Below, piece by piece: positions 24,919-32,000 of a stretch of DNA of 32,000 bases; the stretch's first letter is position 1; each line of letters opens with the position of its first letter. The stretch lies in assembly GCF_000981785.2 (NCBI RefSeq), contig NZ_CP011304.1:4110001-4142000 (forward strand), read 5' to 3'. The position numbers and the translations under genes were made by a program. The notes under the pieces were generated by a model. That model made no database searches, was not told the DNA's origin, and worked only from the letters and a program-made list of their open reading frames with translations. Source of the DNA: Microcystis aeruginosa NIES-2549. Its GTDB lineage: Bacteria > Cyanobacteriota > Cyanobacteriia > Cyanobacteriales > Microcystaceae.

Positions 24919-26319
24919 CTACTTTAAACCTCTAGCGGGGGAATAACAACGACTAGCAATTAAACCCAAAACTAACCACCAGAGGGTGCTAACTTGGGGA
25001 CGATACCAAACTGTATCAAAAAAACCGTGGGCAAGAATTCCGGCCATAGCGGCAATTGCCCCGATTAACCAAAAGCCTTGACTATCCATTTTATCGCGTA
25101 AAAGTTTAATTTGATGGATGCCTTGGCCGATAGTTGTGACTAATAACCAGAGGAAACAGGTAAAACCAATAATTCCCGTTTCTACCATGATTTCTAATAG
25201 CACAGAATAGGCACTTAAAGCCGTGTATTTTGGCTTCATGAATAGGGGGTAAATTTTCTTAAAAGCATCATTACCCGGTCCGATGCCCAAAAGCGGATAA
25301 GTTTGAATCATGCGAATAACTGCATCCCAAACATTAATCCGAAAGTTATTACTACTATCTTCCCGGCCAGCGAAAATACTCATCACACGAATTCGCAGCG
25401 GATCCACCAACAAAATCGCCCCTAAAACCACCACGGCTAAACCCCCTAAAACTAAGGGTAAAAGCCATGTTTGCCAAAATAACGGTAGATAACTTTTGAA
25501 CCAATAAAATAATAGCAATAAGAAGACGATTCCTAAGACCATCAAACCAATCCAACCGCCACGACTCTCGGTAAAAAATAAACAAGCGGCATTGGCTAAA
25601 GTTAATAAAGCCGCTAAAATTTTCGGTAGCCATCCCTGCCACACAAACAAGGCTGCACCGCTAAAAGCAATACCGGGTAATAAATAACTAGCTAATAAAT
25701 TAGGATTACCGAGATAACTATAAACCCTAGTATCTCCCGCTAATTCTGAAGTGGGATCGTTCCAAGTTGCTAACTGTTCCGCGCCAAAAATTTGCTGGCG
25801 AATGCCGTAAACACTGACTGCTAAAGCGGTTAAAACTAAAGTAGTCAGAATCCAATTTGTTAGGCGTGGTGAGCGCATAATTCTGGCAGTAAAGGCAAAA
25901 AAGATGAGATTGAGAGTTAATTTAATTAATCCTTCCAAAGCTGCCATTTTAACGGGAGAAAAAGCCGTAGAAACCGTGGCAATTCCCCAGTATAAAAGCA
26001 CTAGAATATGAATCGGTGTCACCCCGATTTTGCCTTCGTCCACAAGGGTTAACAGTAGCCAATAACCGGCTATTGCTAACAATAAAAAACCGATTTGACT
26101 GGTGGAGAAAAACGGCGCAGTGGCGATAAGAAGAGAGATTAACAGCGCACCCATCAGTTCTGTCCACTCCACAAACCGGCTACCCTGTCGCCATTGACTA
26201 AAAAGGCCGACGAAACGATGCAGATAGCTATATTTTGACCAAGAAGCGGGGGAAAAGTTCAGTAGGGTGATTTGTTTCCAAAAAGCATTCATATTGTTTT
26301 TAGTTGCGGTTGTCACCAT
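24919..26319 (-). CDS. IctB-like / O-antigen-ligase-family polytopic membrane protein
   Basis: The N-terminal pattern ...W..SYLHRFVGL...WRQGS....W.E, followed by 10 or more TM segments and a Wzy_C-like central loop, resembles cyanobacterial IctB. The start is ambiguous (TTG 26373, ATG 26319 or ATG 26292). The stop codon begins 1 nt after the moxR stop. Confidence 0.75.
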   Translation of the reverse strand: MVTTATKNNMNAFWKQITLLNFSPASWSKYSYLHRFVGLFSQWRQGSRFVEWTELMGALLISLLIATAPFFSTSQIGFLLLAIAGYWLLLTLVDEGKIGVTPIHILVLLYWGIATVSTAFSPVKMAALEGLIKLTLNLIFFAFTARIMRSPRLTNWILTTLVLTALAVSVYGIRQQIFGAEQLATWNDPTSELAGDTRVYSYLGNPNLLASYLLPGIAFSGAALFVWQGWLPKILAALLTLANAACLFFTESRGGWIGLMVLGIVFLLLLFYWFKSYLPLFWQTWLLPLVLGGLAVVVLGAILLVDPLRIRVMSIFAGREDSSNNFRINVWDAVIRMIQTYPLLGIGPGNDAFKKIYPLFMKPKYTALSAYSVLLEIMVETGIIGFTCFLWLLVTTIGQGIHQIKLLRDKMDSQGFWLIGAIAAMAGILAHGFFDTVWYRPQVSTLWWLVLGLIASRCYSPARGLK

Positions 26320-26436
26320 CACACTTTGATTAAGATACCGATTGTATCTTAATTGTTGACTCTTGGGAGCCAAAAGAGTTTCAGTCTGGTATCTTAGGGC
26401 AGCTTCACACAGTCAAAACCTAATAGCATAACCAGT

Positions 26437-28080
26437 CTAAGTATGGGGTGAACGTAAAGCTTGACCTAAACGAGTTAAGCCTTGGGAACAGTCAAAACGA
26501 TCGAGATGTACTTCAATAAATGATAGGCGATCGATGTTACCCTGGGCAATCGATAAAGCCTTTTCTAATTCCCCTTCTGTCCTGACTTGACAACTCCAAC
26601 TTTCCCCGTTAAATACTGCCGGTAATTGGTGATATTTCCACGGTTGTAGATCATTATAAATATTATCCTGAATTACCCGCTCGATCGTGTAACCATCGTT
26701 ATTAATTAAAAAGATAATTGGATTGAGATGGTGACGGATAATTGTCGAAAGTTCTTGGGCAGTCATTTGAAAAGCACCATCACCCACAAAGACGATAGGA
26801 CGAGTATTGGGGGCGGCACAAGCTACTCCTAAACAGGCGGGAATTGAATAACCAATAGAGAGATAAAATGCTTGACCGATAAAGTCGGTTTGTTGGGGCA
26901 TTAATAAATCAATTGTGGCAATAATTGCATCCCCTGTATCCGAAATGACAAAAGATTCTTGAGCGATAAAATGATTCATTCGCTCATAAAAACGAGCATT
27001 AGTTAATTTTTGCTCTGGCACGGGTAGGAATTCTAAATCCTTCAATTCGGCCGCTGGTTTAATCTCTAGTGTAGCTGCTTCTTTGTGACTTAGTTTATCA
27101 ATTAAACCATCGATAAAATCCCCTAGGAATACAGGTTGATAGAAGTGATGTTTAATTTTTACTTTCTCGGAATTGGCATTAATCAAATTATTGGGATTTA
27201 AATGAGCCGTAAATCCGCCTAAATTCATATCGGACATAATCGCCCCTAAACAGAGGATACAATCGGCATTTTCCACCCGTTGACTAACGTATTCGCGACT
27301 TAATGCTCCCACATAAGTGCCGATAAATTGCGGCTGCATTTCCGAAATTGACGACTTACCTAAAATAGTGGTGGCTAAGGGATAACCCGTTACCTCTAAA
27401 AGTTTCAGCAACTTATCTTGGAGTTTAAACCGATGAAATTCTACCCCCGCTAAAATAATTGGTTTTTCCGCTTTTTCTAATAATAAAACTGCCTCTTCAA
27501 TGGCTTCTTCTAAAGCGGCGGCATCCGTGAGATTATCGGTTAAATAAATTGGATTTTCTGAGGGGATACAGGGACGATAGACCAGATCCCGAGGAATTTC
27601 GATATACACAGGACGTTTGTGATGCAAACAAGCTGCTAAAGTTTGATCGATTTGACTGGCTGCTTGGGCAGCATTAGTGAGAATAACCGAGGCAACCGTG
27701 ACTTTTTCCATGATCGAAAATTGCAGATTATAATCGCCCGTGGTGTGGTGTAATAATAAATTATCCCGGCGAATCGAGCGATCAGAAGCTCCACTAATTA
27801 CCACCAGGGGAACTCTTTCAGCGTAAGCACCGACCACAGCATTAACGAGGCTAAATCCCCCGACTCCGTAGGTGACACAGACAGCACCCATACCTTTGAC
27901 TCGCGCGTAAGCATCGGCGGCATAACCTGCGTTAAGCTCATTACAGGTGCAAACTAATTCGATCGGACTTTCCACCAAAACATCCATCAAATCGAGGACA
28001 TAATCCCCCGGCACCCCAAAAATATGATTAACCCCTAAACTATGGAGACGCTGGAATAAATATTCGCCGATCGTGATCAT
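26437..28080 (-). CDS. TPP-dependent 2-keto-acid (indolepyruvate/pyruvate-type) decarboxylase
   Basis: The N-terminus is IGEYLFQRLHSLGVNHIFGVPGDY. The TPP motif is VGDGAFQMTAQELST....NPIIFLINNDGYTIER. The ATG at 28080 is preceded by aggag 9 nt upstream, and the track's earlier start at 28137 adds 19 atypical residues. Confidence 0.85.
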   Translation of the reverse strand: MITIGEYLFQRLHSLGVNHIFGVPGDYVLDLMDVLVESPIELVCTCNELNAGYAADAYARVKGMGAVCVTYGVGGFSLVNAVVGAYAERVPLVVISGASDRSIRRDNLLLHHTTGDYNLQFSIMEKVTVASVILTNAAQAASQIDQTLAACLHHKRPVYIEIPRDLVYRPCIPSENPIYLTDNLTDAAALEEAIEEAVLLLEKAEKPIILAGVEFHRFKLQDKLLKLLEVTGYPLATTILGKSSISEMQPQFIGTYVGALSREYVSQRVENADCILCLGAIMSDMNLGGFTAHLNPNNLINANSEKVKIKHHFYQPVFLGDFIDGLIDKLSHKEAATLEIKPAAELKDLEFLPVPEQKLTNARFYERMNHFIAQESFVISDTGDAIIATIDLLMPQQTDFIGQAFYLSIGYSIPACLGVACAAPNTRPIVFVGDGAFQMTAQELSTIIRHHLNPIIFLINNDGYTIERVIQDNIYNDLQPWKYHQLPAVFNGESWSCQVRTEGELEKALSIAQGNIDRLSFIEVHLDRFDCSQGLTRLGQALRSPHT

Positions 28081-28336
28081 AGCAATTTTCTCCTGGTGTG
28101 TTGGCACATTCAGGCCGATCATAACGATTTTTTCCAAAAATAGGCTAATCCCCAGTAATAAACTGGAAAGTAAAAATCAGGAAACCTTAATTATATCTAG
28201 GTGCTGCTGATCGATGCTATAGTATAAAATCTGGGGTTTTTCTCTTGGGTGTAAAAAAATATCTGCGGCACTTTTTCAGCTATAATTTTTACAGGAGATT
28301 CCCTAAAACTTTCGACTTAACTAAGGCTGACTGTTA

Positions 28337-30322
28337 ATGATTTTTACTGAATTAGTTTTGCAAAATTTCGGTCCCTACGCCGGTCGTCAAGTGATTAATT
28401 TACGTCCCGAAAAAGATAACAATCCCTGTCCGATTATCCTTTTAGGAGGCATGAATGGGGGCGGTAAAACTACTTTAATGGATGCGATTCGTTTGGCTTT
28501 GTACGGTGCGCGGGCAAAGTGTTCTACTCGCAATAATTTAAGTTATGCCGAGTTTCTCAGTCAAGCAGTTAATAATCAAGCTTCTCTCATCGATCAAGCG
28601 AGAATAGAACTGGCTTTTGAACATCTAGTTAATGAACAATGGCGACAATATCGTATCGTTAGATACTGGACAAAACAGCCCAAAGATGGTAAGGATACCC
28701 TCGGTATTTTAGATGAAGATTGGCCCGATCCTGCCTTAGCTAATACTTGGGATGAATATATTGAAACTTTATTACCTTTGGGTATTTCTAACCTGTTTTT
28801 ATTTGATGGGGAACAGGTAAAAGAATTGGCAGAACAGGATGTACCTCCTGACAGTGTTAAGGATTCGATGCAGACTTTATTAGGGTTAGAATTAGCGGAA
28901 AGATTAGCCGTTGATCTCGATATTTTAGCTGGTCGCAAGCGCCGGTTATTAGCGGCAGAAAATGAACTGGCAACTATTGAAGCGATCGAGAAAAAATTAG
29001 CCCAGTACCAAGAAGATTTAGAATTGGCTCGGCAAGAAATGGAAACTCAACAAAAAAATTTAGATTTAGTTAGAAATGATTTTGATGCAGTCTCGGATAA
29101 ATTTCGCATTGATGGTGGAAAAATTGCCGCCGAAAGAAGTCAATTAGAGAGCAGAAAAAAGGATTTAGATAAAAAGTTAGATAAACAGAGGGAATATTTA
29201 GGTCAATTAGCGGGGGAATTATTACCATTAAAGTTAATTTTTCCTCTCCTAGAAGCCGCTAAAATTCAGGGAGAAAAAGAGCTAAAATTGCAATCGTCTC
29301 AAGTCGCTCAATCGGTTTTAGAATCCAGAGATAAAAAGTTACTTGCTTATTTAAAACAACTGAATTTAACCTTAGAACAATTGGATAATATTAGGAAATT
29401 TTTACAGCAAGAAAATCAGTTTTTAGCTCAGGATAGCGATTGTTTGATTACTCCTTACTTAGATTTAGACGAGGAGGCGATCGAGTTATTAAATCGAGTC
29501 TTAACCCATCAATTACCGGCACAAATTAACCTCGCTCATCAAGCGATGGAACAATTAAGAAATCTGGAAGTTGACTTAGATAATTTAGAGCGAGAATTAG
29601 CAGTAGCAGCCTCTCCCGAAGAATACGAAACCCTGAGTAATAACTTAAAAAATGCTCAGAAAAAGTATCTAAATGCTCAAGCATCATACGAGCAAAGCCA
29701 CAAAAATTATGAAGAAATCAAAAAGAAAATTGAGAAGACTAAAAAAGAATTATTTGCCTATAGTGAGAAAGCTTTAGAATCCCAAAGTAACGAACATATC
29801 GTCAATGCTATTGTCAAAGCACAGCAAACTTTAAAAGTCTTTAAAGAACGCTTAACTTTAAAAAAATTAAATAGATTAGAGGGAGAAGTAGCGGAATGTT
29901 TTCGTTATTTATTGCATAAGTCCGATCTGGTGCAGAAAATAGCGATCGATGCTGATACTTTTGGTCTATCTCTCTTTGGTCCCGATGGACAAAATGTGCC
30001 TAAACACCGTCTTTCTGCCGGAGAAAAACAACTATTAGCGATCGCTTTTTTGTGGGGATTAGCGCGAGTTTCCGGACGAGATTTACCCATCGCTATCGAT
30101 ACACCCCTGGGACGTTTAGATTCTTCCCATCGCCATAATTTAGTTGAACGTTATTTTCCCGCTGCTTCCTCTCAAGTTATCCTCCTTTCCACCGATACAG
30201 AAATTGGACAAAATGAGCTACTCTTATTAGAAGAACAGGAAGTAATCGCCCGAAAATACCTGCTAGAATACAATTCCCAGCAACGTCAAACCACTATTCA
30301 CCCAGACCGTTACTTTTGGTAA
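28337..30322 (+). CDS. dndD: DNA phosphorothioation protein DndD (SMC-like ABC ATPase)
   Basis: The N-terminus FTELVLQNFGPYAGRQVINL...ILLGGMNGGGKTTLMDAIRLALYG, a long coiled-coil middle and the C-terminal LSAGEKQLLAIAFLWGLA...IAIDTPLGRLDSSHR...QVILLSTDTEI are the DndD hallmarks as I recall them. Confidence 0.85.
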   Translation: MIFTELVLQNFGPYAGRQVINLRPEKDNNPCPIILLGGMNGGGKTTLMDAIRLALYGARAKCSTRNNLSYAEFLSQAVNNQASLIDQARIELAFEHLVNEQWRQYRIVRYWTKQPKDGKDTLGILDEDWPDPALANTWDEYIETLLPLGISNLFLFDGEQVKELAEQDVPPDSVKDSMQTLLGLELAERLAVDLDILAGRKRRLLAAENELATIEAIEKKLAQYQEDLELARQEMETQQKNLDLVRNDFDAVSDKFRIDGGKIAAERSQLESRKKDLDKKLDKQREYLGQLAGELLPLKLIFPLLEAAKIQGEKELKLQSSQVAQSVLESRDKKLLAYLKQLNLTLEQLDNIRKFLQQENQFLAQDSDCLITPYLDLDEEAIELLNRVLTHQLPAQINLAHQAMEQLRNLEVDLDNLERELAVAASPEEYETLSNNLKNAQKKYLNAQASYEQSHKNYEEIKKKIEKTKKELFAYSEKALESQSNEHIVNAIVKAQQTLKVFKERLTLKKLNRLEGEVAECFRYLLHKSDLVQKIAIDADTFGLSLFGPDGQNVPKHRLSAGEKQLLAIAFLWGLARVSGRDLPIAIDTPLGRLDSSHRHNLVERYFPAASSQVILLSTDTEIGQNELLLLEEQEVIARKYLLEYNSQQRQTTIHPDRYFW

Positions 30323-30413
30323 AATTATGACTGAGATAAATTCCCCAAAAATCCTCCCCCAATTAACTTGAGACATCGGGCCTTACTTTCGATTTTATCG
30401 CTCAATCCAAGCT

Positions 30414-30524
30414 TTTGGGGGGTTCTACCCCCCAAACCCCCCGTTGGGGGCGTGGCGCGGCCACTGAGCCTTTACATTGAGCCTGTCGAAATGTGTCGAA
30501 GTGCCGCCCCCAAACCCCCCGCGC
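30414..30524. repeat. GC-rich structured repeat (MITE-like) in the dndD-dndE spacer
   Basis: Three hairpins run back to back: TTTGGGGGG-ttcta-CCCCCCAAA (30414-30436), CCCCC-cgtt-GGGGG (30437-30450) and GTGGC-gcg-GCCAC (30452-30464). The string cccccaaaccccccg is directly repeated at 30429-30443 and 30507-30521. Confidence 0.7.
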
Positions 30525-30636
30525 ATTAGTTTTTCGGTGGGATGCTTACACGCGGCTGCTGATACATCTGTAATAATTTAAGAGTTACTGATAATTGCCG
30601 ATTGTCGTTATTTCTGCAAATTTGAGATGCACTCAT

Positions 30637-30710
30637 CAGTTATCATTTATCAGTTCTCAGATGCCAGTTATCAGTTCACTGTTTACTGATAACTGAAAAA
30701 AAACTCCCCA
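30637..30710 (+). repeat. Composite intergenic repeat, copy C (short form lacking the 45-nt core)
   Basis: The sequence cagttatcatttatcagttctcagatgccagttatcagttcactgtttactgataactgaaaaaaaactcccca aligns with both flanks of copy A at 9889-10005. Confidence 0.8.
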
Positions 30711-30789
30711 CTTTCCACTATCCTATTAAACAGGATTGAGAATGACTAACTATTTTATCATCAGTCAGATCGAGGTAAAATTATAAATT

Positions 30790-31188
30790 ATGGAATCACC
30801 GATCGAACGTTTTAGACTATCCCAAACCGCCAAAGATAGCCTAATAAAATTAAAACGCTACACCAAAATTGACCAATGGAATATCCTTTGTCGTTGGGCT
30901 TTTTGTCGTTCCCTTGCCGAACCGAGTCTCCCCTCTCCCGTTCCCATTCCTGCCGATAGCAATGTAGAATTATCTTGGAAAGTATTCGGGGGAGAAATGG
31001 CCGATATTTTCTTAATTGCCCTCAAACAACGTTGTCATCAAGACGGATTAGGAACCGATAAAGAAACCCTAACTCAACAATTTCGCTTACACTTACATCG
31101 CGGTATCGGTTATCTTGCTGGGGATACCAAGCTAAAAAAAATCGATAATTTAATCGAATTAGAGAGAGAAAATCTCAGAGAATCTTAA
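30790..31188 (+). CDS. dndE: DNA phosphorothioation protein DndE
   Basis: 132 aa. The segment RFRLSQTAKDSLIKLKRYTKIDQWNILCRWAFCRSLAEPS...F.....R......LHLHRGIGYL fits the DndE family pattern as I recall it. An SD (gaggt) lies upstream. Confidence 0.8.
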   Translation: MESPIERFRLSQTAKDSLIKLKRYTKIDQWNILCRWAFCRSLAEPSLPSPVPIPADSNVELSWKVFGGEMADIFLIALKQRCHQDGLGTDKETLTQQFRLHLHRGIGYLAGDTKLKKIDNLIELERENLRES

Positions 31189-31231
31189 TCAAGGAGGTTT
31201 ATCCTTAATCCTTTAATGGTTCAAACTCACC

Positions 31232-32000
31232 CTAAAAAACCTTCGGTCGGCCTAAAGTAGTGATATAGATAACCGCTTCATCGGAGGGAATGCCTAACAC
31301 TTCATTCACTTGATCATCAAAAAAACCACCGATACCACTAACCCCTAACCCCAGATGAATAGCTGCTAAATTTAATCTCTGTCCCAAATGGCCCGCATCT
31401 GCATGAAGATAACGATAAACTCGATCGCCATATTTAGCCACTGCTTTTGACAGATCCGCCGTATGAAAAACCACAGCAGCCGCATCTCGTCCCAAATCCT
31501 GACCTAAACAGAGATAATGTAACTCTTGCCGGAAATTTTTAAAGCGAATTTGCCGCAATTCTTGGGCTTTAGGAGCATAATAATAACAGCCTTCCTCTAA
31601 TCCAGTTACTGCCGAAACAGCGATAAAAGTTTCCAATAAATCCAGAGCAAAATAATCGGGATTGGGATCGAGATTTTGACTGGCATAATCTTGGGGTTGA
31701 TAGGTAAAATGCAGCAGCGCTCGCAATTCGTCTAAACTGAGACTAGCGCCACTATAAGCGCGGGTAGATCTGCGTTTAAGCATCGTACTTTCCAGATCGA
31801 TTAAATCTTCCCCCCAATTGACGGGACGGGATGTCACGGAAACTTTCAGACAAAAAGGAAAATTATATTTATCTTCCCAATTAGACGGAGTAACGGCTGC
31901 TTCTATCTTTTCGTCTGCATCTATGATAGTGGCTCGCTGTAGGGAGCTTAATAATTCTCCCTCGGCAATTTTGGGATAAACAGTCGTGGTTGCCGAAGGG
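31232..32000 (-). CDS. SagB/ThcOx-family (nitroreductase-fold) dehydrogenase; the N-terminus lies outside the window
   Basis: The track ORF begins at a GTG at 31837. My translation of the same frame upstream (...PSATTTVYPKIAEGELLSSLQRATIIDADEKIEAAVTPSNWEDKYNFPFCLKVSVTSRP...) has no stop up to base 32000, so the gene is longer. The C-terminal domain has RRSTRAY, a pattern typical of the nitroreductase fold. Confidence 0.7.
   Translation of the reverse strand, partial: PSATTTVYPKIAEGELLSSLQRATIIDADEKIEAAVTPSNWEDKYNFPFCLKVSVTSRPVNWGEDLIDLESTMLKRRSTRAYSGASLSLDELRALLHFTYQPQDYASQNLDPNPDYFALDLLETFIAVSAVTGLEEGCYYYAPKAQELRQIRFKNFRQELHYLCLGQDLGRDAAAVVFHTADLSKAVAKYGDRVYRYLHADAGHLGQRLNLAAIHLGLGVSGIGGFFDDQVNEVLGIPSDEAVIYITTLGRPKVF

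Overview
The window looks like cyanobacterial chromosome. The HIP1 palindrome GCGATCGC occurs at least 15 times by eye, and nearly every long intergenic spacer holds heptanucleotide (STRR-like) tandem arrays. Gene content and repeat style fit a unicellular Chroococcalean such as Microcystis, but I cannot verify the organism. All protein calls come from reading the translations, with no searches run.

Most of the window is core metabolism and housekeeping:
- Transport and biosynthesis: a DMT transporter (partial), an AI-2E transporter, aroE, an amino-acid ABC permease, ssb and an NhaP-type antiporter.
- A pyruvate/fermentation block, nifJ (PFOR) - DHOD-like flavoprotein - pfkA, lies divergent from lexA. 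A candidate LexA box sits in front of lexA.
- The conserved rplS - tRNA-Trp - secE - nusG - rplK - rplA cluster, followed by ribF.
- A MoxR ATPase, an IctB/O-antigen-ligase-family membrane protein and a TPP-dependent 2-keto-acid decarboxylase.

Accessory or unusual content:
1. A solo IS200/IS605-type tnpB (intact RuvC and zinc-finger motifs, no tnpA) sits directly upstream of the antiporter gene.
2. A UPF0175/DUF3368 (PIN-like) toxin-antitoxin pair.
3. A Sec-signal 174-aa protein carries motifs I read as TNT/DUF4237 NAD+ glycohydrolase-like. A 90-aa helical ORF follows 6 nt later. I propose this as a candidate toxin-immunity pair.
4. An intact dndD and dndE have no dndC, dndB or dndA next to them. 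They are separated by a 467-bp spacer full of GC-rich hairpins and a heptamer-repeat element.
5. A partial SagB/ThcOx-type dehydrogenase gene is open to the window edge.

No CRISPR array, rRNA or obvious prophage was seen.
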